A stretch of DNA of 64,000 nt, from IMG/VR virus record IMGVR_UViG_3300024259_001989. The stretch is one strand, 5' to 3'. Positions 1 through 9,791 of the stretch are shown here, in pieces (position 1 is the stretch's first letter; each line of letters opens with the position of its first letter). Position numbers and translations under genes: made by a program. Source of the DNA: an uncultured virus (IMG/VR IMGVR_UViG_3300024259_001989) (lineage: Duplodnaviria > Heunggongvirae > Uroviricota > Caudoviricetes). The notes under the pieces were generated by a model that was not told the origin of the DNA, searched no databases, and saw only the letters and a list, made by a program, of their open reading frames with translations.

Positions 1-1198
1 AATAAAAAATCTGATCGATGATTGCGAAGATATTTTGAAGGGGGCAAGAGTATCTAAGGAAAAATCATATTATGATGATATTAGGTCTCTATCTGAAACC
101 CAGTTCCAGTATTTTGAAGATGTCCGCAGCGGCAAGATAAAAGAAGATCCTTTGATTCTTAGTGGAATAAGAGAAATAGATCATACTATGGTCACAGGTT
201 TTGAAAAGGGAACTTTAACTTTAATTTGTGCTGATGTCGGTGGATTCAAAAGCTCGATGATGCTTAACATAGGTCTTAATGTTTGGAATAACGGATTTGA
301 TGTTTTGTTTGTTCCTCTTGAAATGCATAAGAATCAAATGTGGAGGAGAGTATGTGCTAGAGAAGCAAGAATTAAGATGGAGACCATCACGAGAGATATT
401 AAAAGTATTACCGATGAGCAGATGGAGCAAATGAGGGAAACTAAGAAAGAGTGGGAAAAAAATCCTGCTAAATTCTTTATGATGGAAGAGCCTGGGAACA
501 CAACAGTTCTAAAAATTCAGAGACAGATCGAAAGAAACATAGAGCTTATTAAACCAAAACTTGTTGTTATTGATTATATCGCTAACCTTGAGGCCCATAA
601 GAATAGATATGGAAGGAATGACCTTGAAATTGGTGATATGTTAAAGACGATGAGGCAGATGGGTAAGGAAAATAATTTTGCTGTTTTGTCTGCTGCTCAG
701 CTTGGTAGAGAGGCTCTTAAAAGAGTTAGAAAGACAGGTGGAGATAGAGATAAAACTTCTATCAACTCTGAAGATATTAGAGGTTCTCACGAATACTCAG
801 CCGATGCAGATAATATTTTTGCACAACTAAAACATGATCAAGATCCGAATTTGTTAGATATATTCTGTGTGAAATCAAGAAATGGCCCTACTATTTTTGA
901 GAATGGTAAGATAAGAGCTACTTTAGAAGTTCATCCCGAGTTTGGGTTAATAACAAGCTCTACATATGGAGAGCAGATTTCTCAAGACCCAGAGAACGAT
1001 GAAGCCAACGATACTGTGAATATCAATACTCTTAATCTGGCAGATAAGGTCGAAGCAGATGGCCTTGTTATAAATAAATCATTTGAAGAAGATGATGATA
1101 TGTATAATCACGGAGTCACTGACTTAGGAGACATAGAAGATGCTATCGATGATGGTTCTAATGATGAGTTAGGCGATGATTGGGATGAAAACTATTAA
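1..1198 (+). CDS. dnaB: DnaB-like replicative helicase (5' partial)
   Basis: Walker A-like ADVGGFKS, LEM, VVIDY, AAQLGRE and DIRGS..SADAD motifs; frame is open to the window edge. Confidence 0.9.
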   Translation, partial: IKNLIDDCEDILKGARVSKEKSYYDDIRSLSETQFQYFEDVRSGKIKEDPLILSGIREIDHTMVTGFEKGTLTLICADVGGFKSSMMLNIGLNVWNNGFDVLFVPLEMHKNQMWRRVCAREARIKMETITRDIKSITDEQMEQMRETKKEWEKNPAKFFMMEEPGNTTVLKIQRQIERNIELIKPKLVVIDYIANLEAHKNRYGRNDLEIGDMLKTMRQMGKENNFAVLSAAQLGREALKRVRKTGGDRDKTSINSEDIRGSHEYSADADNIFAQLKHDQDPNLLDIFCVKSRNGPTIFENGKIRATLEVHPEFGLITSSTYGEQISQDPENDEANDTVNINTLNLADKVEADGLVINKSFEEDDDMYNHGVTDLGDIEDAIDDGSNDELGDDWDENY

Positions 1199-1821
1199 TG
1201 AATTATCATATTGGTCAAATTTTAAAAGAAAAAACTATTATTTCTTATCTCGAAGAGAAGGGTATTTCTCCGCAGAAAAAATCGGGAGATAAGACAATGT
1301 ATTGCTGTCCTATTCACTCAGGAGATAACGATCCTTCGTTTGTCGTTTATCCTGTTGGGTATAAGGGTAGAGAATATGAAACATATTATTGTTTTGGTTG
1401 TCATTCAGGCATAACTCTTATCAATTTAAAATGTGATCTTGAAAGTGTGACTAAAAGAGAGTGTATTAGATATTTTCTTAAAGATGTTAAGATAGATACT
1501 CAAGATGCCGTAGACTCGATCATATCAGATGCTAAGAAAAATAAATTAGGTATCGAAGAAAATAACGAAGTGGAGTTTTATTTATTACTAATCAATGCGA
1601 TGTGTCGCAGATTTACTTCAGAAGATTGTTTCGGTGATGAAGAAGAGATTGCTTTTTTTGATCATTTTTTAGAAAGAGTTGAGAGCATTGCTAGAGCTAA
1701 TGATGTAAAATTATTAGAAGGAATTTATGATTTATTAGATAAGGGTGTTACTAAAAGATTTTTAGCTTACAAGAAAAGAAAAGAGGAAGAGGAAGCTGGA
1801 TCGTTGAATTGGAAAATATAA
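1198..1821 (+). CDS. CHC2 zinc-finger (primase zinc-binding domain) protein
   Basis: CPIH...DNDPSF...YYCFGC, typical of the DnaG ZBD; no TOPRIM domain follows. Confidence 0.8.
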   Translation: MNYHIGQILKEKTIISYLEEKGISPQKKSGDKTMYCCPIHSGDNDPSFVVYPVGYKGREYETYYCFGCHSGITLINLKCDLESVTKRECIRYFLKDVKIDTQDAVDSIISDAKKNKLGIEENNEVEFYLLLINAMCRRFTSEDCFGDEEEIAFFDHFLERVESIARANDVKLLEGIYDLLDKGVTKRFLAYKKRKEEEEAGSLNWKI

Positions 1822-1822
1822 T

Positions 1823-2245
1823 ATGAGCAATGAATTTATAATTAATTTTACAGATATAACTTTAAATGAAGCAGATGGTGTCTTTGCAGAGACAAATGAG
1901 ATAATGTTAAAAGAGCCTCCGTTTAGTGATAAATGGGTTTTAAGAAGTAATGTAACTATTATAAGTGATGGTGGTGATGGCACTATGGAGATACAATGTC
2001 ATGGAGATGGTAATATTTATATTTTAGATTATGATCCATCAATCGGAGATTTATATTATAATCCTGACATACAAGCTATCTCGATGTGGGCTCAGGAGAG
2101 TGGTTGGAAAATTCCTCAACCTAATCCTGAATTAATAAAGACAAATAAAGAATTTTGGAAATATTTTTATGATACGTTAATCATAGACTCAGATTATCTC
2201 GATAAGTTATATGGTGGACGACCACAAATAGATGGGAGTAAATAA
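1823..2245 (+). CDS. hypothetical protein
   Basis: 140 aa ORF tightly packed in operon. Confidence 0.6.
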   Translation: MSNEFIINFTDITLNEADGVFAETNEIMLKEPPFSDKWVLRSNVTIISDGGDGTMEIQCHGDGNIYILDYDPSIGDLYYNPDIQAISMWAQESGWKIPQPNPELIKTNKEFWKYFYDTLIIDSDYLDKLYGGRPQIDGSK

Positions 2246-2496
2246 TGACTGCTGAAGAAGCTATTAAAGAAGGATATAAATGTTTTTGTATACAATGCAC
2301 TAAAGCTTATAAAAAAACCCCAAGCTATTGGGAAGAAAAAGCAAGTTGCCTTGGAGCAGAGATTGAAATGTGTAGTTGTGGCTGTGATTTATTTATGTCT
2401 TTTGAAGAGCATATACAAAGGCGTGATGGAACATATGTAGAGCCAGAGAAAAAGGACGGTCCTATTGAAAGTAGGATTGATATTTTAGATTTATGA
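2245..2496 (+). CDS. small Cys-rich protein with C-terminal RIDILDL tag
   Basis: CxxC and CxC motifs; ends ESRIDILDL. Confidence 0.7.
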   Translation: MTAEEAIKEGYKCFCIQCTKAYKKTPSYWEEKASCLGAEIEMCSCGCDLFMSFEEHIQRRDGTYVEPEKKDGPIESRIDILDL

Positions 2497-2723
2497 AAAT
2501 TATATGTGATAAATGTGAGTGGGTTATTGATAAAGATAAATATGTTGATGGGGAATTAGTTGAAGAATATAAAAATGTATTCGGAACAACTTGTCCTAAT
2601 TGTTGGCATACTATTAAACCATTTAAGAAGCCATTTTCTGATAAGAAGAGGGACGATAAAATGGAAATATTGAGAGAAGAGATGAGAGACAAGCTTAGAA
2701 AAAATATAAAGGGAGAAAAGTAA
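2493..2723 (+). CDS. small zinc-ribbon protein
   Basis: CDKC...CPNC. Confidence 0.6.
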   Translation: MKIICDKCEWVIDKDKYVDGELVEEYKNVFGTTCPNCWHTIKPFKKPFSDKKRDDKMEILREEMRDKLRKNIKGEK

Positions 2724-3370
2724 TGCCTATAGAAGAGAAACCACAATTGTTGGAGTTTGATTGTAAATTAGATTCAATGCCAGATGTTTTATGGAATATT
2801 AAGTACGATCCTAATAATGTAGAATTTCCACTTTACGTATCAGGCAATGGACAGAGCTTTAAATGCCCTGTTGAGTTGTTTGGAGATGTTACGGCTTTTT
2901 TACAAAGCAAAAATATTATTAAACCTAACATTCTCACAAGAGGTAGAACGGTATCAACTCCAGGCTTTGGCCCAGTTGCCGCATCTCTCCTGCCTCCTAA
3001 GATAGAGGGAGCTTTAGATCCAGTAGCTATTCCTATCAGTGAAGGTCATACTGAGCATGCTATTCCTATTAGCAGCGGCCCTCCTATGGATGCATTGTCA
3101 TCATTTGATATAACTAGTGAAGCATCTGTTATTGCGAAACCTGTAGTAAATGATGAAGTCATTGAAAGCATAGGGATTACAGAGATTCCTGAGATTTCGG
3201 CTGTTAAGGTTGGAGAGACTGTTGTTACTTCTGAGACTGAGAGTGATATTCCTAAGAGAACCGTTATTAGGACAAGGATCAGCGGAGATGATCCTCAAAG
3301 TGCAGAGAAAGAAGCTGATGCTATTAGAGGCGCAGGTAAAGAAGTTAAAAAGAATTTCAAAAGAGCATAG
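2723..3370 (+). CDS. hypothetical protein
   Basis: 215 aa ORF with GGAG RBS and overlapping start/stop. Confidence 0.6.
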   Translation: MPIEEKPQLLEFDCKLDSMPDVLWNIKYDPNNVEFPLYVSGNGQSFKCPVELFGDVTAFLQSKNIIKPNILTRGRTVSTPGFGPVAASLLPPKIEGALDPVAIPISEGHTEHAIPISSGPPMDALSSFDITSEASVIAKPVVNDEVIESIGITEIPEISAVKVGETVVTSETESDIPKRTVIRTRISGDDPQSAEKEADAIRGAGKEVKKNFKRA

Positions 3371-3372
3371 CA

Positions 3373-3588
3373 ATGGAATATAAATGTCAAACAATAAATA
3401 TGTCACGAATGGTTGTTAGCTCTAGAGGGTTTTTAACTCCTCTCTGCGAAAGATGTAATAGTCAAGATTGTAGCAATCCTATTGAAAAAACAGATGTTAG
3501 TATTCTTGGTGTAGTTAAAAAGGTGAAAGTTTACAATAGAGGAACTTCTCCTAGATTTGTAATTCAATGTGAAGGGTATATGCCATAA
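3373..3588 (+). CDS. small Cys-containing hypothetical protein
   Basis: CERC..DC...C; operon packing. Confidence 0.55.
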   Translation: MEYKCQTINMSRMVVSSRGFLTPLCERCNSQDCSNPIEKTDVSILGVVKKVKVYNRGTSPRFVIQCEGYMP

Positions 3589-4379
3589 TGTTTCATACGA
3601 TGAATTTATCAGAGGCCTATTTAAAAGATCATAAGCTTCGTAATGACGCAAAGGATATGTATACGTCAACTCAGAAAAATGTTGCTAAAATAAAAAACAT
3701 ATATTTAAGTAAAATTGAGTATCCTAAATATGAAGAGGCGTTTGACTATGTAGATAAATTATTTCCTAAGGTCAAGGTAAAAAATATTTCCATTTATAAA
3801 GTTGCTGCTAAAGACTTGGCTAAAATGGGATATGGAGGAGCAGAAGGTTTTTACGATACCATTTCTAAAATTATAGTGATTTGTGGCGCTCGTCCAAAAG
3901 AGCCATGCTCTGATAAGAGATATAGAGTAGAGGCTAAGATTGAGAGAGATGAAGTTATAGTCCATGAGCTATGTCATTACTGTTATTATGATGAGGGAAT
4001 GAGATCTGTAAGTAGTGAGATGAGAGAAGAGTTTGCTTATGGATGGTCGGTAGGATATTTAAGACAGAAGGGTTATACTGATGAGAAGATTATTAAGTAT
4101 AATTTTTTACCATATCTTATAGGTCTTTCTTTTGACCCTGCAACAAAAGTTATAATGGTTCAAAATGGAGTAAGTACTTACGAATATAACAATCATACTA
4201 AATATCAGAGAAAAGAATTTAATAGAACTTATTTTGGTAGAATATTTAAGAAGGCAAAAGAGATAGCTATGGAAAGAGGATTTAAACTTATAGATCTTTA
4301 TTCTAAAAAAATAGAAGTAGGCACAGGGCTTACTGATGAAGAAGTAGACATAGATCGTTTTGATATTTTAGATTTATGA
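3588..4379 (+). CDS. putative HExxH zinc metallopeptidase with RFDILDL tag
   Basis: VIVHELCH followed by EEFA (zincin pattern); ends IDRFDILDL. Confidence 0.7.
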   Translation: MFHTMNLSEAYLKDHKLRNDAKDMYTSTQKNVAKIKNIYLSKIEYPKYEEAFDYVDKLFPKVKVKNISIYKVAAKDLAKMGYGGAEGFYDTISKIIVICGARPKEPCSDKRYRVEAKIERDEVIVHELCHYCYYDEGMRSVSSEMREEFAYGWSVGYLRQKGYTDEKIIKYNFLPYLIGLSFDPATKVIMVQNGVSTYEYNNHTKYQRKEFNRTYFGRIFKKAKEIAMERGFKLIDLYSKKIEVGTGLTDEEVDIDRFDILDL

Positions 4380-4630
4380 ACAAAAAACAAAAAAAGGCTA
4401 TTAAACAAGATGCTGATATATGGATAGAGTTGGGCTTAAGATCTTTTGCTAGATTTTATGCCATGGATATAGAAGATGCGATAGTTATTGCTTCTAATCC
4501 AAATCTCATTTTTGATGAAATGGTAGAACAGATGAATGCCTCATTAAGCGGGTATGAGGATTTTATGGTTAAAATAAAAAAAATGGACGTAGAAGAAAAA
4601 CTTACTCGTATGGACATTTTGGATTTATGA
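4376..4630 (+). CDS. hypothetical protein, RMDILDL tag
   Basis: C-terminal motif; ATGA overlap with upstream gene. Confidence 0.7.
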   Translation: MNKKQKKAIKQDADIWIELGLRSFARFYAMDIEDAIVIASNPNLIFDEMVEQMNASLSGYEDFMVKIKKMDVEEKLTRMDILDL

Positions 4631-5139
4631 GTTATAATAAAGACATAGGTAATCAAACAGTAAAATTTGAAGATGAAAAAAGTTATTTAAATTGTAGATT
4701 AGATTATTTAAATTATTGCGAGCCGTTGGTAGTAGCACTAGATTTTTTACCGTTTATACAACAGGAGAGGTATAACGGAGACACTTGTGTAGTAGAAAGT
4801 ATCGAACCAGTTCAGTATGTTGGAGGTGTGGACGTAAGCGCAGGTGTGGATTCTAGTTTTGGTTTTATCCATAGCGGTTCTTCAAGTATCTCAGCAGGAA
4901 CTCCTATAGGTTTTGCTACAGGTGAAGATTCTGGAAATGGTTATTATACTACTGTTGCCACTAGCAATTTTCCCAATGATACGGTTTTCAATGGTAATGT
5001 AATTATTAATGGAACTCTAACTGTAAACTCAGATTCTCCTGTAAGTATTTCTCATGAGCCAGATCCTCCTATAGAGATTCCTAAAGTAGAAGAACCTGAA
5101 GATCCGATAGATAATAGGTTTGATATTTTAGATTTATAG
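4627..5139 (+). CDS. hypothetical protein, RFDILDL tag
   Basis: C-terminal motif after Pro/Glu-rich linker. Confidence 0.7.
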   Translation: MSYNKDIGNQTVKFEDEKSYLNCRLDYLNYCEPLVVALDFLPFIQQERYNGDTCVVESIEPVQYVGGVDVSAGVDSSFGFIHSGSSSISAGTPIGFATGEDSGNGYYTTVATSNFPNDTVFNGNVIINGTLTVNSDSPVSISHEPDPPIEIPKVEEPEDPIDNRFDILDL

Positions 5140-5147
5140 GAGTTATC

Positions 5148-5447
5148 ATGGGGCAAGTTAAGTTTTTTTGGTACAAGCATCCAAAAACGGGGGAAATGTT
5201 TTCGGATCAAAGAATGGAAGGTTTTGAAGATAAGCCCTTTATCCATAAGGGAGTTGTGTGCGATCTGATGAGAGATTACGTCCCTCCTGTAAAAGAGCAT
5301 AAGCCTCTAGGAGTTATAAGAATGTATAAAGACGGCCAAAGAGAAGTTTTTGAGGCGGACCCGCAATATGTCAAAAAATTAAATCCCAAAAATATTAGGT
5401 TTCAAGATGGGCATATTGAACGTTATGACCCTACGAAGCATTGTTGA
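5148..5447 (+). CDS. hypothetical protein
   Basis: AGGAG RBS, 99 aa. Confidence 0.6.
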   Translation: MGQVKFFWYKHPKTGEMFSDQRMEGFEDKPFIHKGVVCDLMRDYVPPVKEHKPLGVIRMYKDGQREVFEADPQYVKKLNPKNIRFQDGHIERYDPTKHC

Positions 5448-5515
5448 CGACATTTTTTATAATTATATATCATAAAAATAAAGGAATTTTCATTTACTTT
5501 TATAATATATAATTA

Positions 5516-5625
5516 TTGGAACATTTCAACGCGAAATTAAAGTGTTTCGATATGAAATTAGATTATAAGAGCAATTTCTTTTTCCTTTATTCGCGTTGAG
5601 GAGAATAGATTTTGCTCTTTTTTTA
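5516..5625 (+). ncRNA. putative structured RNA leader (two hairpins with loop-loop complementarity), copy 1
   Basis: tcaacgcgaa (5526-5535) is complementary to ttcgcgttga (5590-5599); aagagcaa/ttgctctt stem followed by a T-run; homologous copy at 7269-7381. Confidence 0.55.
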
Positions 5626-5640
5626 TGGGAGAGTAGAGAA

Positions 5641-6438
5641 ATGGGAAGAAGATTAACAGTGGAATATATAAGGGGTTATTTTGAAGAACAGGGATGCGAG
5701 ATGTTGGAGGAAGAGTATAAAAACAATAGGACAAAAATGAAATATATTTGTAGTTGTGGGAGTATTAGTCAAATATCTTTTGATAATTTTAAAAAAGGAC
5801 ATAGATGCATGAAATGTGGAGGAAACGAAAATTTTACTTTAGAATATGTTTATAATTGCTTTAAGGATGAAGGATGCGAATTACTAGAAAAGAAGTATAT
5901 AAATCGCCATGAGCTAATGAAATATAAATGCATCTGCGGAAATATAGATAAAATAAGTTTAGCAAACTTTAAACAGGGAAAGAGATGTAGATCATGCGGC
6001 ATCGTTAAGCTATCTGGAGATAACCATTACCTATGGATAAAAGATAGAAAGATATTTAAAGAAAATTATAAGTTTAGAAAAAAGTGTCGCAATTTATTAA
6101 CAAAAACTTTGAGCAAAATTAATCAGAAAAAAACAGATAAAACATATAATATATTAGGATATACAGCAGAGGAATTAAAAGATCATATTTACGGCCACTC
6201 TAATTGGAAAAACATAAAAAATGATCAAGATTTTCATATAGATCATATATTTCCTATAAAAGCTTTTTTAGACTACGATATCAAAGATCCTCAATTAATT
6301 AGTTGTTTGGATAATTTGCAACCCTTGTCAAAAAAAGATAATTTATCAAAATATTGCAAATATGATAAAAAAGAATTTGAAAATTGGTTGAAAGATATGA
6401 TCCTACAAGACATTGTTAAAAACATTGTTGAAAAGTGA
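5641..6438 (+). CDS. HNH-type homing endonuclease with N-terminal CxCG...CxxC repeats
   Basis: two ~60 aa zinc repeats plus HIDHIFP...NLQPL..DNLSK; ATG 5641 with GGAGAG RBS preferred over TTG 5596. Confidence 0.8.
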   Translation: MGRRLTVEYIRGYFEEQGCEMLEEEYKNNRTKMKYICSCGSISQISFDNFKKGHRCMKCGGNENFTLEYVYNCFKDEGCELLEKKYINRHELMKYKCICGNIDKISLANFKQGKRCRSCGIVKLSGDNHYLWIKDRKIFKENYKFRKKCRNLLTKTLSKINQKKTDKTYNILGYTAEELKDHIYGHSNWKNIKNDQDFHIDHIFPIKAFLDYDIKDPQLISCLDNLQPLSKKDNLSKYCKYDKKEFENWLKDMILQDIVKNIVEK

Positions 6439-6456
6439 AAGTGGAAAGCTCATAAT
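6428..6456 (+). promoter_or_regulatory. sigma70-like promoter with conserved spacer motif
   Basis: TTGAAA-agtgaaagtggaaagct-CATAAT; motif recurs (see findings). Confidence 0.55.
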
Positions 6457-6462
6457 ATAGAA

Positions 6463-6822
6463 ATGAAGTTTATTCGTAAAGAGTTTATAACAACAACGAT
6501 TTTTGACAAAGAGTTAATAGAAAAGGACGAGATTAAGATAGTCCTTAAGAATTTGTTTCACGAAAAGATAGATTTTTCTTTAACTATGAAAAAATATATG
6601 CCTCATCAGCAGGAATTTTTTGATATGAGTTTTGAGAGGGTGAGAGTCAAAAAAATAAATGATAATGAGACTGTTGATTTGTTAGCATTTAAAAAGGGTA
6701 TTAAGACTACGATGAAAAATGTTAGCATTGATCATCTCGTCTCAATAGAAGCGATAACTAAAAAGCATAAAATACTAGATGTAGATTCAAACATAGACAG
6801 GTTTGATATTTTAGATTTATAG
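6463..6822 (+). CDS. hypothetical protein, RFDILDL tag
   Basis: C-terminal motif. Confidence 0.7.
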   Translation: MKFIRKEFITTTIFDKELIEKDEIKIVLKNLFHEKIDFSLTMKKYMPHQQEFFDMSFERVRVKKINDNETVDLLAFKKGIKTTMKNVSIDHLVSIEAITKKHKILDVDSNIDRFDILDL

Positions 6823-6830
6823 AGGTGGAT

Positions 6831-7004
6831 ATGCACAAGAAAAGAGAAGTGTACGATACCAACAGGTCAATGAAGAGAAAGCCAAGGAAGCATAGTGGTT
6901 GGTGTAGAGGTTGTGATGCATGTATGGTTTATGATGGGCAGAGATGTCCTGTTTGTGGAAACAGGCAATCTCCTAAAAGAAATAAGAAAGAAAAAGAAAT
7001 ATGA
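6831..7004 (+). CDS. small zinc-finger protein (not in ORF track, 57 aa)
   Basis: GAGGTG RBS; MHKKRE...CRGC...CPVCG. Confidence 0.55.
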   Translation: MHKKREVYDTNRSMKRKPRKHSGWCRGCDACMVYDGQRCPVCGNRQSPKRNKKEKEI

Positions 7005-7234
7005 CAGAAGAAGAAATAAAATTTTTCATAGATGAATGGATAACTCAAGGCGAGAACACTAACGATTATGTAAATCGTAGTCTTATAGTATCTGCTCTTA
7101 AAGCTGCCGAAGCAGGAAATGCTAATGAGGCGGCAAGACGATTAAGGCAGGTTGTTCCTCCCCCTCCAGATTATAAATATATGATGGTGGATCGTCCTGA
7201 TTTTATAGTAAAGTATGAAGAGGAAAATAAATAA
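7001..7234 (+). CDS. hypothetical protein
   Basis: 77 aa ORF, ATGA overlap. Confidence 0.55.
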   Translation: MTEEEIKFFIDEWITQGENTNDYVNRSLIVSALKAAEAGNANEAARRLRQVVPPPPDYKYMMVDRPDFIVKYEEENK

Positions 7235-7268
7235 AGGACTTTTGACTTATTCTTATAATATATAATTA

Positions 7269-7381
7269 TTGAGATGCTTGAATGCGACTTCTAAGTTTTC
7301 AATACAAAATTTAGTTATATATTATAAGAGTAATTTCTTTTTCCTTTAGTCGCATTCAGGATTAAGATTTTGCTCTTTTTT
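7269..7381 (+). ncRNA. putative structured RNA leader, copy 2
   Basis: tgaatgcgact (7279-7289) is complementary to agtcgcattca (7348-7358); aagagtaa/ttgctctt stem plus T-run. Confidence 0.55.
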
Positions 7382-7395
7382 ATTGGAGTAAAGAA

Positions 7396-8187
7396 ATGAG
7401 TAAAAAATTAACGTTAGAATATGTTAAGGGATTTTTTGAGGAGCAGGGATGTAAGTTGTTAGAAAAGCGATATAAAAATAATAAAACAAAAATGAGTTAC
7501 AGATGTAATTGTGGGAATATTAGCAAAATACAATTTGGAAATTTTAAACATGGGCAACGATGTTTCGAATGCGGGCACAGAAATAAGGGTGAGAAAAAAA
7601 GATTATCATTTAAGTATATAAAATCTTATTTTGAAAAAAATGGTTGCGAATTGCTGGAAAATAAATATATAAATTCAAGAACAAAAATGAGATATCAATG
7701 TTCTTGTGGGAATATTAGTAAAATAGCTTTTAAACATTGCTATAATTTTATAAGGTGCAAAGAATGTGGAGAAAAGGCGTGTTTCGGTGAGAATCATTAT
7801 CGATGGATAAAAGATAGGAAGAAATATAAAGAAAGGAAAAAATTTAGGCAAAAATGTTATAGTATGTTAAGAAAGACACTTAAAGAAACCTATCAAAAGA
7901 AGGAAAATAGGACTTATAAAATGTTAGGGTATACGGCAGAAGAATTACAAGATTATATATGTAATCATTCTAATTGGGAAGAAGTCAAGAATTTAAAATG
8001 GCATCTTGATCACATCTATCCGATTGGAGCTTTTCTTGATTACGGAATAAATGATGTAAAATTAATAAATTGTTTGGAAAATTTGCAACCTCTTGAATGC
8101 AGAGAGAATATTTCTAAAAGTGATAAATATGATCAATATCAATTTGAAGATTGGCTAATAGAAAGAAATTATGAAATTCGAAAATAA
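7396..8187 (+). CDS. HNH-type homing endonuclease, paralog of 5641..6438
   Basis: same repeat architecture; WHLDHIYP...NLQPL..ENISK. Confidence 0.8.
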   Translation: MSKKLTLEYVKGFFEEQGCKLLEKRYKNNKTKMSYRCNCGNISKIQFGNFKHGQRCFECGHRNKGEKKRLSFKYIKSYFEKNGCELLENKYINSRTKMRYQCSCGNISKIAFKHCYNFIRCKECGEKACFGENHYRWIKDRKKYKERKKFRQKCYSMLRKTLKETYQKKENRTYKMLGYTAEELQDYICNHSNWEEVKNLKWHLDHIYPIGAFLDYGINDVKLINCLENLQPLECRENISKSDKYDQYQFEDWLIERNYEIRK

Positions 8188-9586
8188 AAATTATGTTCCG
8201 CTGCATTGTCACACTCATATGTCGAAATTTGACGGTCTGTGTAGTCCTAATGATCTTGCTATGCAAGCCAGAAAGATGGGATTTCCTGCCTGTGCGATTA
8301 CTGACCATGGGAATGTTATGGGATGGATTAAATGGATGAAAGCTTGCAGAGCTACGAAAGATAGAAAAGGAAAAGAAATTCCTTATGCTCCAATTAAACC
8401 TATTCTTGGCTGTGAGTTTTATTTAGCTAGGAGAATGGATATAGGTCAAAATGTAGAAAAAAGAGATACTGCGGTAATAAAGCTAAATCAGCCTGATGGG
8501 AGAAGAGGAAACCGTCATCTAAATCTTTATGCTATGAACTTTAAGGGATATAAGAATATCACTCGTATGTCTCAAAGATCCTACACAGAAGGTTTCTATT
8601 ACGATGGTAGGATTGATATAGATTTGCTTTCTAAACACTCTGAGGGGGTTATGTGTGGCTCTGCTTGTTTGTCCAGTGTTATTAATGCCAATCTTATGTA
8701 TGGTCGTTATAACCAAGCTAGAGAGGTCTGTAGCACATTTAAAGATATATTCAAAGAGAATTTCTTCTTGGAAATAATGTATCATGGCATTAGAGAAGAA
8801 AAAGAAATTATTCCTTTGATCCTGAAGTTATCAACAGAATTAGATATACCAGTTGTTTGTACAAATGATAGTCACTACATAAATAGTAATCAGGGAGAGT
8901 CCCAAGAAGTATTATTATGTATGTCTCAAGCAAGATGTATGAAAGATCCTAAAAGATTAAAGTTTAATCATATGGAATTTTACCTTAAGAGTGCTGAGGA
9001 GATGGGTAAGATGTTTGGTCATATCCCTCATGCTTTAACGAATTCGGTTACTCTTGCTGAGAGAATAAATACTAAAGATATTGAAGAAAATCTTTTTGGT
9101 GGTATGAGACTACCAGAATTTGAAATCCCCGAAAAATATAAGAATCCTTATGACTATTTAAGTGATTTATCATGGGAGGGTATGAAGAAGATAGGATGGG
9201 ATAAAAGTCCTGATCATGTAGAAGCTCTCAAGATGGAATTAAATGATGTTAAGATAGCTTATGAAAATAATAACTACGATTTCTCAACGTATTTTTTAAT
9301 TGTTCGTGATTATATCAAAGATGCTAAAGACAAAGGTATTTTGGTAGGTTGCGGTCGTGGTTCAGGTTATGCAAGTGTATTGTTAAGGTGTATTGAAATC
9401 ACCTATGGAGTAGATCCTTTAAAGTACGGACTACTCTGGGAAAGATTCCTTGGATTCGATAGTAAGAGATTTATTAAAGAATCAGATTTTGGATTTGAGG
9501 AAGATTTAGTTCAAGCAGCAGCAGATAGGGATCTTGAAGAAGATCGAGAATTAGAGGATGACTTAGGTGGCGTTGATAGATATTAA
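8171..9586 (+). CDS. dnaE: DNA polymerase III alpha (DnaE) fragment 1: PHP domain plus start of palm
   Basis: PLHCHTHMS..DG, AITDHGN, TNDSHY, GCGRGS, LLWERFL; ends in an acidic tail before PDxDxD. Confidence 0.92.
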   Translation: MKFENKNYVPLHCHTHMSKFDGLCSPNDLAMQARKMGFPACAITDHGNVMGWIKWMKACRATKDRKGKEIPYAPIKPILGCEFYLARRMDIGQNVEKRDTAVIKLNQPDGRRGNRHLNLYAMNFKGYKNITRMSQRSYTEGFYYDGRIDIDLLSKHSEGVMCGSACLSSVINANLMYGRYNQAREVCSTFKDIFKENFFLEIMYHGIREEKEIIPLILKLSTELDIPVVCTNDSHYINSNQGESQEVLLCMSQARCMKDPKRLKFNHMEFYLKSAEEMGKMFGHIPHALTNSVTLAERINTKDIEENLFGGMRLPEFEIPEKYKNPYDYLSDLSWEGMKKIGWDKSPDHVEALKMELNDVKIAYENNNYDFSTYFLIVRDYIKDAKDKGILVGCGRGSGYASVLLRCIEITYGVDPLKYGLLWERFLGFDSKRFIKESDFGFEEDLVQAAADRDLEEDRELEDDLGGVDRY

Positions 9587-9791
9587 ATACGGGCAAATGA
9601 CTTTCGCCCAGTTTGAAGCTCTTAGAGAGTTATATAATAACGATGAGATATCTAGAAAGGAATTTTTATATTGTTTCCCTGCACATATGAATCCCATGAT
9701 TGATTCTCATGGTTATTTAACTCCTACTAATCCTGCTCCTTTTGAAATTTCAGAACCTATTAATAGTCGTTTTGATATATTGGACTTATAG
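9567..9791 (+). CDS. hypothetical protein, RFDILDL tag
   Basis: C-terminal motif; start uncertain (GTG 9567 or ATG 9597). Confidence 0.65.
   Translation: MALIDIKYGQMTFAQFEALRELYNNDEISRKEFLYCFPAHMNPMIDSHGYLTPTNPAPFEISEPINSRFDILDL

Noticed and set aside
5596..5640. TTG start for the first HNH gene
   Set aside because: It lies inside the structured leader; the paralog and the RBS support ATG 5641.
5516..8187. HEARO/IscB (OMEGA) system
   Set aside because: The proteins lack PLMP and split RuvC motifs, and the leader is only ~110 nt.
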